Below are positions 57,270 to 64,000 of a DNA stretch of 64,000 nt, in pieces (within the stretch, counting starts at the first letter, position 1; each line of letters opens with the position of its first letter). Under the pieces are notes generated by a model. The model was given only the letters and a program-made list of their open reading frames with translations. It did no database searches and was not told where the DNA came from. Location: IMG/VR virus record IMGVR_UViG_3300026097_000876, positions 124,001-188,000 of that record; one strand, 5' to 3'. Position numbers and translations under genes: made by a program.

Positions 57270-57800
57270 TGAATATCTACTTCGTAGATATTAGTTTTCG
57301 CTATCGCTCAAACTATTTACTTCGTAATTAGATTATAAGAAGCATTATGACGAATGTCATAATGTTTAAGTTTCATGTAGATCGTTTCAGTCAGACGGAA
57401 CCTGTTACGGTCCCATCTAATCTCAAAATTGTGCTTCATGTGAGTCATGCTTGCAGCCGAGACATTGGAAGTAGGTGTTTGTTATACTGCTACACAATGG
57501 GCTCTGACCTTTCCCAACCTACGTCGACATCGTGTACTATATAGAGTGCATAAAACGCCTTTATGCTTTCTTTATAGTACATTACCTCTCGCTTCGTTCC
57601 TATTGCTAAAGAGTTTTTATGTGTAATGTGCAGTTTTTCGACAGCCAACAGTCTATCTATACCAACTAGTGAGCCCAATTTGTTTGATGGCTTCCTACCT
57701 CTGGGTAGTCAATCAGTATGTTACGTGTGCTTCTATACGAGAGCTTTTTCCACAGCGGTATTGCATTCTGGCCCGCCAACCTTATGTGTTGGGTTATTTT
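57270..57800 (-). ncRNA. Candidate large structured non-coding RNA/DNA element
   Basis: Only long gap in an otherwise densely coding window; at least 8 inverted repeats (see findings). Strand inferred from flanking genes. Confidence 0.45.
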
Positions 57801-57803
57801 GCC

Positions 57804-58067
57804 TTACAGTTTGCCTTTAAGGAATCTTCCTTTGGTCCTGCCTGCTTTTTTATCTGTGTTGCTGCCTTGAGTAGGTGTTATACCAGTTCGCTTAGTTGTC
57901 CAAGAATCAATTTGTTTTTCAGTAAGGCTTAAATTTGTATCTTTGCCTTTGTAGTTTTTAGTTTTTTCTCTAAGAACATCGCCATTAATTTTCCATTGTT
58001 CACGCTGTGCTTGTCTACTGCGTTCAAGCTTTTCAAGTCTTTCCTGATATTTCTTTTTGCTTGACAT
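57804..58067 (-). CDS. Small basic hypothetical protein (87 aa)
   Basis: K/R-rich ORF overlapping the end of the GIY-YIG gene; weak RBS. Confidence 0.45.
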   Translation of the reverse strand: MSSKKKYQERLEKLERSRQAQREQWKINGDVLREKTKNYKGKDTNLSLTEKQIDSWTTKRTGITPTQGSNTDKKAGRTKGRFLKGKL

Positions 58068-58488
58068 GATGTTCCAATAATGCTTGTCTTAGTTTTTCTG
58101 AACCGCCTACTCTAACATTAATAATGCCGTTGTAGTACTCGTCTGTTTCAAGAACACGACGATCAAATTGTTCCTTAGCCTCTATGTAGCTCATTTCTGC
58201 TCTGCTTTTACACAGATATAATATTTCTCTTGTGAAGTTTTCCGGGCCTAGTGCAGTGACGTCAGCGTTGAGTCTATCAGATGATCCCCAATAGTCTTTC
58301 CAGTCTGACTCTTTGAATCCACGTCTTTTATTTTTTTTGCCTTTAAGTGGTGGTTTAGTGGTTTTGAACTTGGCTAGTTTTTTGCCTATGTATTTTTGTC
58401 CGGTTTTTATGTTAGTGATAAGATAAACAAATCCTTCGTATTCGTCTGGAATTGATTCGACCTCTTTACCTTTGTAAGTCCACTGCAT
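58033..58488 (-). CDS. GIY-YIG family endonuclease (standalone catalytic domain)
   Basis: GFVYLITN...GQKYIGKK, WKDYWGSS, F.REILYLC.SR.EMSYIEAKEQF, YYNGII. No long C-terminal DNA-binding arm. Confidence 0.8.
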   Translation of the reverse strand: MQWTYKGKEVESIPDEYEGFVYLITNIKTGQKYIGKKLAKFKTTKPPLKGKKNKRRGFKESDWKDYWGSSDRLNADVTALGPENFTREILYLCKSRAEMSYIEAKEQFDRRVLETDEYYNGIINVRVGGSEKLRQALLEHHVKQKEISGKT

Positions 58489-58514
58489 GAACTTACTTAC
58501 CGGTGCCTAATTTA

Positions 58515-58718
58515 TTATTTGCCTTTTCTGGTTACACGTTCTGTATTGTGTTTGACATGTATTTCGTCCATGCGCTGTTTTGCCAGAATTCGTATTTCTC
58601 GCAACCACCTACGGCTTTCTTTATGTGTTCTCACACTATTTCTTGCTTCAAACTTCTCGTTTGCTTTAAAGTAAGCCATATATGCTTTAGTTAATTTGTC
58701 ATGAGTATCGTCATTCAT
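58515..58718 (-). CDS. Hypothetical protein (67 aa)
   Basis: Start overlaps the gp46 stop; helical and basic. Confidence 0.6.
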   Translation of the reverse strand: MNDDTHDKLTKAYMAYFKANEKFEARNSVRTHKESRRWLREIRILAKQRMDEIHVKHNTERVTRKGK

Positions 58719-60486
58719 TATATATTTCTACATCGTTTTCGTAACTAGTAAAGCCGTTTTCTTTAATAACTTTCATAACGTGATTAACTCTACCTATTAA
58801 CTCGTCCTTGTGACTAATTAAAAATACATTTTTTTCACGCTCACGGCCCATCTTTTTAATTACACTAAGTGCATTCTCAACACCGTTAGTGTCAAGTCCG
58901 TTGTCTACTAATTCATCAATAAACAATAGGTTAATATTTTGATATAAACTTTCCCAAACGTCACGGAATGCAAAGCTCATACCTAAGATAAGTCTGTTGC
59001 GTTCACCTCTTGACAAGTTATCAAAGTCTAGATCTTGACCTAGTTGTGTAATTTCAACATTTAGATCATTTTGGAATACAACTTGATGCGGAAGTCCTAG
59101 TTTGTCAAGATAATATGTAAGCCTGTTGTTTAGGTATGCAAGATTTTGATCAATAATCTTCTTACGAATAAAACTGTCTTTGTTTGTTAGTAGTTTTAGC
59201 AAGAATTCTTGATGTTCTTTTACTTCTGTTAAGTCATTTACAGCAGACCAGTCTATTTCTTGTATTGCTTCTCGATTCAACTCATCAATTTGAGATTGAT
59301 ACGGATCATCTTCTTGTTGTTTACTTAATAATGCTGCCTGCAAATTATCTACATTGTTTCTATGTTCATATGCTTCTTTTAGTGTTTCATAGAATGTGTT
59401 AGGCTTTGAAATATTATCACCTAAGTCAGTTAATCCTTTTAGAACTTCTGAAAGTTTTGTGTTTACTTCTGATTGATATGCAATGGCATCTTCTAATTCT
59501 TTTGCTTTTTCTGCTAAAATTTCTTGCTTTTTGTCTTCATGTAAATTTTGACCACAAGTATAACATGTTGCATCCTCAAGATTTAATACGTCTTTTTCAA
59601 TCTTTTTAACACGCTTATCAGCTTGTAGTAGAGCACTTTCTAGTGTGCTTTTTTCTTTGTTTAAGACCGATATTGCATTGTTTAGTTCACTCCAATTTTG
59701 TAATTTTTCGTGTGACTCTAATTCTACATCAACATCTAAGTGTTCTAGTTCTTCAATTGCATTTTCTAAATTTTTAATATCTTGCGACTTTTTAGCAACC
59801 CAAGTTCGTTTCGTACGATCTAAATTATCAATTGTCGACTGAATTTTTTCATTTGCTGCCTGAATTGCTGTAATTTTAGCTGTTTCTTCTTGAATTGCAT
59901 CTTTAGATGAACGAATCTGTTCTTTGAGAACTTCTGCTTTCTCACTAAGAATGGTAATACCCAATAACTGTTCAATAATAGCACGTTGATCATTTTGACG
60001 CATACTTAAAAACGGTTCTGTATAGGTATTAAGTGCAACAATGTGTTTAAACATATCATGCGTCATGCCTAACAATTCATTGATTTCTTCTTGAGTTTTA
60101 CGACTGTCGCCCTGACTCTCATCGATCATTTCTTGTTCTTGATCGTTAATAAAAAATTTCAATACATTAGGAGAACGACCTCGTTCAATCCTATAGTCTA
60201 ATCCATCTTTTTCAAAATGTAATGTAACTAACATTCCTTTTGAATTAGTTTTGTTAATAAGATTGTTACGTTTAATATTAGTTAATGCTTGCCCGTACAT
60301 AGCGTAACTGAGTGCATTAATAATTGTAGTCTTACCAGTACCGTTGCGTGACCCGCTGTCATCGCCGCCTTGGTCTAAGTTTTCACCTAACACAAGAGTA
60401 AGTTGTTCTTTATTGAAATCTACAGCCTGAGTCTGATTGCCCACGCTCATAAAATTCTTGACTGTTAAATCCTTAATACGTATCAT
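58711..60486 (-). CDS. gp46: Recombination ATPase, Rad50/SbcC-like (gp46)
   Basis: Walker A SRNGTGKTT, zinc hook CYTC, signature LSRGE, Walker B LFIDE, ISHK. Confidence 0.93.
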   Translation of the reverse strand: MIRIKDLTVKNFMSVGNQTQAVDFNKEQLTLVLGENLDQGGDDSGSRNGTGKTTIINALSYAMYGQALTNIKRNNLINKTNSKGMLVTLHFEKDGLDYRIERGRSPNVLKFFINDQEQEMIDESQGDSRKTQEEINELLGMTHDMFKHIVALNTYTEPFLSMRQNDQRAIIEQLLGITILSEKAEVLKEQIRSSKDAIQEETAKITAIQAANEKIQSTIDNLDRTKRTWVAKKSQDIKNLENAIEELEHLDVDVELESHEKLQNWSELNNAISVLNKEKSTLESALLQADKRVKKIEKDVLNLEDATCYTCGQNLHEDKKQEILAEKAKELEDAIAYQSEVNTKLSEVLKGLTDLGDNISKPNTFYETLKEAYEHRNNVDNLQAALLSKQQEDDPYQSQIDELNREAIQEIDWSAVNDLTEVKEHQEFLLKLLTNKDSFIRKKIIDQNLAYLNNRLTYYLDKLGLPHQVVFQNDLNVEITQLGQDLDFDNLSRGERNRLILGMSFAFRDVWESLYQNINLLFIDELVDNGLDTNGVENALSVIKKMGREREKNVFLISHKDELIGRVNHVMKVIKENGFTSYENDVEIYNE

Positions 60487-61493
60487 AGTTCGTTATAAAT
60501 GTCCAATAGCATTTTTTTGTTAAAATTATCCGAGTCAATTGCTGAAATTTCCTTAGACACAATTTGATCTACACTTTCAAATTGTTGAATATCAATGTCA
60601 GTAGAAATTTCTTCAATTTGTTTTTGAGGAATAAGTGTAATTTCTCTACAATTATGTTGATTAATAAACGTTTCTTTAATAAATTGTGCTTCTTCGTAAC
60701 TAATTGGTAAATCTAAAGTAACTCGAAGATACATTTTTGACTTAATAATTGTATCTGCTTGATCAATTAACTCACTTAGCTTAACAGTTCGATACTTAGG
60801 GCAATCTGGCCAATTAATAAATTGGGGTTCCTTGTTGTTTTCACGATCAAGAATCATCATCCCACGCTCGTCATCCCACGCATCAGCATAGTTGTGCGGA
60901 AACGCATTGCCAATATAGTGAATCGCACCTTGTACTTGACGTTTGTGGAAGTGTCCTGAGAACACATACTCTTGATGCTTAAAATGCTCTGGCTTTAGAT
61001 CACCGTGATCGGGCATCTTAACCAATGCGTTCATATAAAAGCTAGGAAGTTCAAAGTGGCCAAACATATATTTGGCTTTGATCTTTTCAATTTTTTTCCA
61101 TTCGTCGCCTACTAGCCAAGGAACCAAACAAACATCTTCTACTTCTGTAATCTCGTTTACAACAGTTACACCTGGAATGTGTTTCCCAAACTCAACTGAA
61201 TGGATATCTCGTTTGTCTTTGTAGTACAAATCGTGGTTGCCAGGAAAGTAAAAAAATTGTTCAAATGATTGTCCTAACTTTTCTAAACTACGTAGAGTTG
61301 CATCCATAGTTGTAATGTTTAGACTGTTACGATTATGATGCCAGTCCCCGCAGAAAATGCCAGTTTCACACCCGGCAGCTTGTGCTTGCTCTATGTACCA
61401 ATCTACAAATTCTTCACAATCTTGATTGTGGATTTTTGAATTACTTTTTAATCCAAAATGTATGTCTGTAAAGACAGCAGCTTTTTTAAACAA
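60483..61493 (-). CDS. gp47: Recombination nuclease, Mre11/SbcD-like (gp47)
   Basis: TDIHFG, GDWHH, PGNHDLY, GHFE, SGHFH metallophosphoesterase motifs. Confidence 0.93.
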   Translation of the reverse strand: MFKKAAVFTDIHFGLKSNSKIHNQDCEEFVDWYIEQAQAAGCETGIFCGDWHHNRNSLNITTMDATLRSLEKLGQSFEQFFYFPGNHDLYYKDKRDIHSVEFGKHIPGVTVVNEITEVEDVCLVPWLVGDEWKKIEKIKAKYMFGHFELPSFYMNALVKMPDHGDLKPEHFKHQEYVFSGHFHKRQVQGAIHYIGNAFPHNYADAWDDERGMMILDRENNKEPQFINWPDCPKYRTVKLSELIDQADTIIKSKMYLRVTLDLPISYEEAQFIKETFINQHNCREITLIPQKQIEEISTDIDIQQFESVDQIVSKEISAIDSDNFNKKMLLDIYNEL

Positions 61494-61516
61494 GTATTAA
61501 TCCTCTTTTCTCATTT

Positions 61517-61545
61517 AGTATAACTAGTTTTTGTGTGTAAGTCAA
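61517..61545 (-). promoter_or_regulatory. Sigma70-type promoter for gp47/gp46
   Basis: TTGACT-17 nt-TATACT. Confidence 0.75.
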
Positions 61546-62381
61546 GAATTTTTTTTGGTCTGTTGATCGTTACGCTCAACTTCTCTTTCCCACTGACCCT
61601 GTTGTTGTCTAGTAAAGCTAGGTGTTAAGTCGTTCATTTCAAGAATATCGTCTCGAATGTTTTGATTACGTTTTTCAATGTTAATGACACGTACAAAACT
61701 ATTTGTAACTGCGGCTGTATAGTATGCAAACGGATTTTGTGACTTAGATTCGTCAAACTGTAAGCCAATTTGTGCTAATTGTAGTATAGCTTGTCCACGC
61801 ATTTCATCATTGTAAGTGTAACCACGTACATTGCCTCTAGTAGCATATCGATCGCATAACTTCATCCACATTGTAGCAAGTTTGTCGGTTGACTTTCCGT
61901 GATTCAAACTAAAGTAACCGTTCGACATACCACCCTTCCAGTGACTTTTTCCTACACACTCTAGCTCGTCACTTTCAGTGTTAAATTTATAGTGTTGAAA
62001 CGGAGGAAAATTTAATTTTACTCTCGTATCAGCAACAGTCTTAGGATTTTTCTTGCGTCCTGGCTCTTCTGGAATGTGATCAAACGTCATAATTCGAAAG
62101 ATAAGTTCGTCTTTCGAAATCTTTTTGTAATCAACTTCGTACTCGGCAAGTTTTACTTTCAGACCTTCGGCTTTTGCAGCTTCAAACCGTTGTTGTTGTA
62201 GCCTTTTAGCTTTGTTACGTTTTGCTTCTGCAATAGTTCTAACGTTAATTTTTTCAACATCTGGTAAAATAATATCGTACTGATGATACTCTTTATCGAT
62301 ATAACTACAAAACGTATTTTTTGATCTGTGTATTTCTTTTAATATATCTTTATTATTAAGATAGTTAACTCTTTTAGTCAT
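61542..62381 (-). CDS. gp55: Late transcription sigma factor (gp55-like)
   Basis: VNYLNNKDIL, RGNVRGYTYNDEM...A, FDESKSQNPFAYYT....NSF.R.I..EKR. Confidence 0.85.
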   Translation of the reverse strand: MTKRVNYLNNKDILKEIHRSKNTFCSYIDKEYHQYDIILPDVEKINVRTIAEAKRNKAKRLQQQRFEAAKAEGLKVKLAEYEVDYKKISKDELIFRIMTFDHIPEEPGRKKNPKTVADTRVKLNFPPFQHYKFNTESDELECVGKSHWKGGMSNGYFSLNHGKSTDKLATMWMKLCDRYATRGNVRGYTYNDEMRGQAILQLAQIGLQFDESKSQNPFAYYTAAVTNSFVRVINIEKRNQNIRDDILEMNDLTPSFTRQQQGQWEREVERNDQQTKKNS

Positions 62382-62403
62382 GATTTCTCCAGGTTATATC
62401 CAT

Positions 62404-62432
62404 ATTATAAACTATGCACATAACTTTGTCAA
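62404..62432 (-). promoter_or_regulatory. Perfect sigma70 promoter for gp55
   Basis: TTGACA-17 nt-TATAAT. Confidence 0.85.
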
Positions 62433-62439
62433 CTAAATA
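62433..62439 (+). promoter_or_regulatory. Late promoter variant (CTAAATA)
   Basis: 23 nt upstream of the 62462 start. Confidence 0.55.
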
Positions 62440-62461
62440 ATGTATAGGAGACAACATAGCT

Positions 62462-63349
62462 ATGGCAAAAAATTGGAACAATGGTCGCATTGTAGCAGAC
62501 AAAGTTGTACGAGCAACAGGTGCAGCTGGACAAAGTATAGCCGCAGGCGGCATTCCTGATATAGCGTCCAACATTCCAAAAAATGTAAAAGACATTGGAC
62601 AGAAAGTGTTCAGTGGAATAGAAGGAGCATCTGGAAATTTTATGAGCGCACTTCGCGGAAAAAATTTACCAGGGCAAATAACTTCCGGTCCAACAGCAAC
62701 AGCTTCTTTTTCTTCAGCAAATGTAGAAGAAAAAGACTGGCGTGTTTCGTTAAGTTTGCCAGCGGGTGTTGTTGCATATAATGAATCTGAACTTTTAGAA
62801 CCTCTTAAGAGTACAGGCAATCGAATGGTTTTCCCCTTCACTCCAACAATCATTATTCAGCATAGTGCAAATTATAATTCTTCTGCACCGATACATAATA
62901 ATTATCCTTTTTTCTCTTATCAAAACTCACAAGTGAACGAATTAGTTATTACAGGACAATTTTTTGTACAAAACTCGTTAGAAGCAAAATATTGGACATC
63001 GTGCTTACATTATTTAAGATCAGTAACTAAAATGGATTTTGGCGAAGGCAGTAATCCAGGTGCTCCGCCGCCTATTGTAAAACTAAATGGTTACGGAGAC
63101 TATGTGTTTAATAATGTTCCTGTAATAATTACAACATTTACTGTAGATATGCCTAACGAAGTAGATTATATTGCAACCGGAATAAATTCAGAAACTGGTA
63201 ATCCTGCAGACAGTAGAAACATAAGCTGGGCTCCTGCAGAATCGCAATTTAGTGTTAGCGTCCAGCCAATTTATAGCAGAAGTAAACAAACAGTATTCAA
63301 CTACGATAACTTTATTAAAGGCAATGATATCGGCCAAGGATATATTTAA
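62462..63349 (+). CDS. Baseplate tail-tube cap/initiator-like protein (gp48/gp54-like)
   Basis: DWRVSL, FPFTPTI, HNNYPFFSYQNS, PPPIVKLNGYG.YVFNNVPV.IT.FT..MP..VDY. Confidence 0.65.
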   Translation: MAKNWNNGRIVADKVVRATGAAGQSIAAGGIPDIASNIPKNVKDIGQKVFSGIEGASGNFMSALRGKNLPGQITSGPTATASFSSANVEEKDWRVSLSLPAGVVAYNESELLEPLKSTGNRMVFPFTPTIIIQHSANYNSSAPIHNNYPFFSYQNSQVNELVITGQFFVQNSLEAKYWTSCLHYLRSVTKMDFGEGSNPGAPPPIVKLNGYGDYVFNNVPVIITTFTVDMPNEVDYIATGINSETGNPADSRNISWAPAESQFSVSVQPIYSRSKQTVFNYDNFIKGNDIGQGYI

Positions 63350-63639
63350 TGGCAAACGGACCCTACGATAAAACTAAACTTGATAGTAATGGATCACTAG
63401 GATATTTTAGAATACGTCCAGTACCAGCATACACTGATGACCCATTATATACTGTAGAACCTCAATACACCCATAGACCAGATCTTTTAGCATATGACCT
63501 ATATGGCGATCAAAGTCTTTGGTGGGTATTTGCACAAAGAAATTTAAATGTAATTGAAGATCCAATATATGATTTAGTTCCAGGAAAACAAATTTATCTT
63601 CCCAATGCCGAACGAATCAAACAAGATTTAGGAGAATAA
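63349..63639 (+). CDS. LysM-like baseplate wedge protein (gp53-like)
   Basis: RPDLLAYDLYGD..LWWVFA..N.....D...G..IY.P. Confidence 0.75.
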   Translation: MANGPYDKTKLDSNGSLGYFRIRPVPAYTDDPLYTVEPQYTHRPDLLAYDLYGDQSLWWVFAQRNLNVIEDPIYDLVPGKQIYLPNAERIKQDLGE

Positions 63640-63641
63640 CT

Positions 63642-64000
63642 GTGCCATATGTTTTTCCGTTAGGCACTGCATTAAAAAAAGATCCAGTAACTGGCAAGTT
63701 GTTAGGAGGAAAATATATACCTCCTAGTGACGAGGATGAAACATCTGAAGTTGAAGGCGATCCTGAAGCTGCAAAAGCTGTATTAAATGGATTAGGACTG
63801 CCTTGGATGTCTACAATGATAGATCAAGCCCAAGCCGGACAAAATCCTTTAAGTTCTAATGTATCTATTCTTGCAGAAAACTCTGTTGTAGATACATTGT
63901 CTACAGCAACTATCGGATCTGCTTCGAACATTATTACCTCTGACGACGCAGGACTTATAACAGAAAGAGAAACAACGGCACTACCACTAACTAACGAATT
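63642..64000 (+). CDS. N-terminal part of a probable baseplate gene, truncated by window edge
   Basis: GTG start after a GGAG RBS; frame open to the end (VPYVFPLGTALKKDPVTG...). Confidence 0.5.
   Translation, partial: MPYVFPLGTALKKDPVTGKLLGGKYIPPSDEDETSEVEGDPEAAKAVLNGLGLPWMSTMIDQAQAGQNPLSSNVSILAENSVVDTLSTATIGSASNIITSDDAGLITERETTALPLTNE

Noticed and set aside
57495-57516. RNase P-like motif (GGAAAGGUCAGAGCCCAU resembles GGAAAGUCCGGGCUCCAU)
   Set aside because: The complementary 3' CR-V element (ACAGAA..CGGCUUA) was not found; resemblance alone is insufficient.
57270-57800. Group I intron next to the GIY-YIG gene
   Set aside because: GACUA/UAGUU could mimic P7, but it overlaps another stem, no P/Q core was found, and no interrupted host gene flanks the region.
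57347-57932. Short ORFs (62-87 aa) inside the non-coding gap
   Set aside because: Overlap on both strands, no RBS or recognisable motif; better explained as chance ORFs within a structured element.
1-64000. Alternative genetic code (stop recoding), tRNA genes, CRISPR arrays
   Set aside because: Long genes are intact in code 11, with TAG and TGA used as real stops; no cloverleaf or repeat-spacer pattern seen.

Overview
A 64 kb fragment of a large, AT-rich, distantly T4-like (probably jumbo) myovirus genome. It is almost fully coding and mostly on the minus strand. It contains: (i) a head module (portal gp20, protease gp21, scaffold gp22, major capsid gp23); (ii) tail/baseplate genes (tape measure, gp26-like chaperone with an unannotated -1 frameshift extension, gp48/54-like, LysM gp53-like); (iii) late sigma factor gp55 and the gp46/gp47 nuclease; (iv) a long run of giant paralogous virion/fibre proteins, some with accessory domains (LamG, dockerin/EF-hand-like, cupredoxin-like); (v) three tandem Cys-rich paralogs plus a fibre chaperone, directly followed by a translationally coupled, late-promoter-driven 10-gene tailoring operon (GT9-like glycosyltransferase, several 2OG-Fe(II) oxygenases, carbamoyltransferase, flavin-dependent halogenase, GmhB); (vi) a convergent halogenase-hldE-hldD-cupin block. 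TAAATA-type late promoters precede most structural transcription units. The strongest non-obvious signals are a canonical -1 ribosomal frameshift cassette (56255-56317), a ~530 nt hairpin-rich non-coding region behind a GIY-YIG nuclease (57270-57800), and two structured 5' leaders. No tRNA, rRNA, CRISPR array or integrase was recognised. All family assignments come from motif recognition by eye, not database searches. The host cannot be determined from this window.
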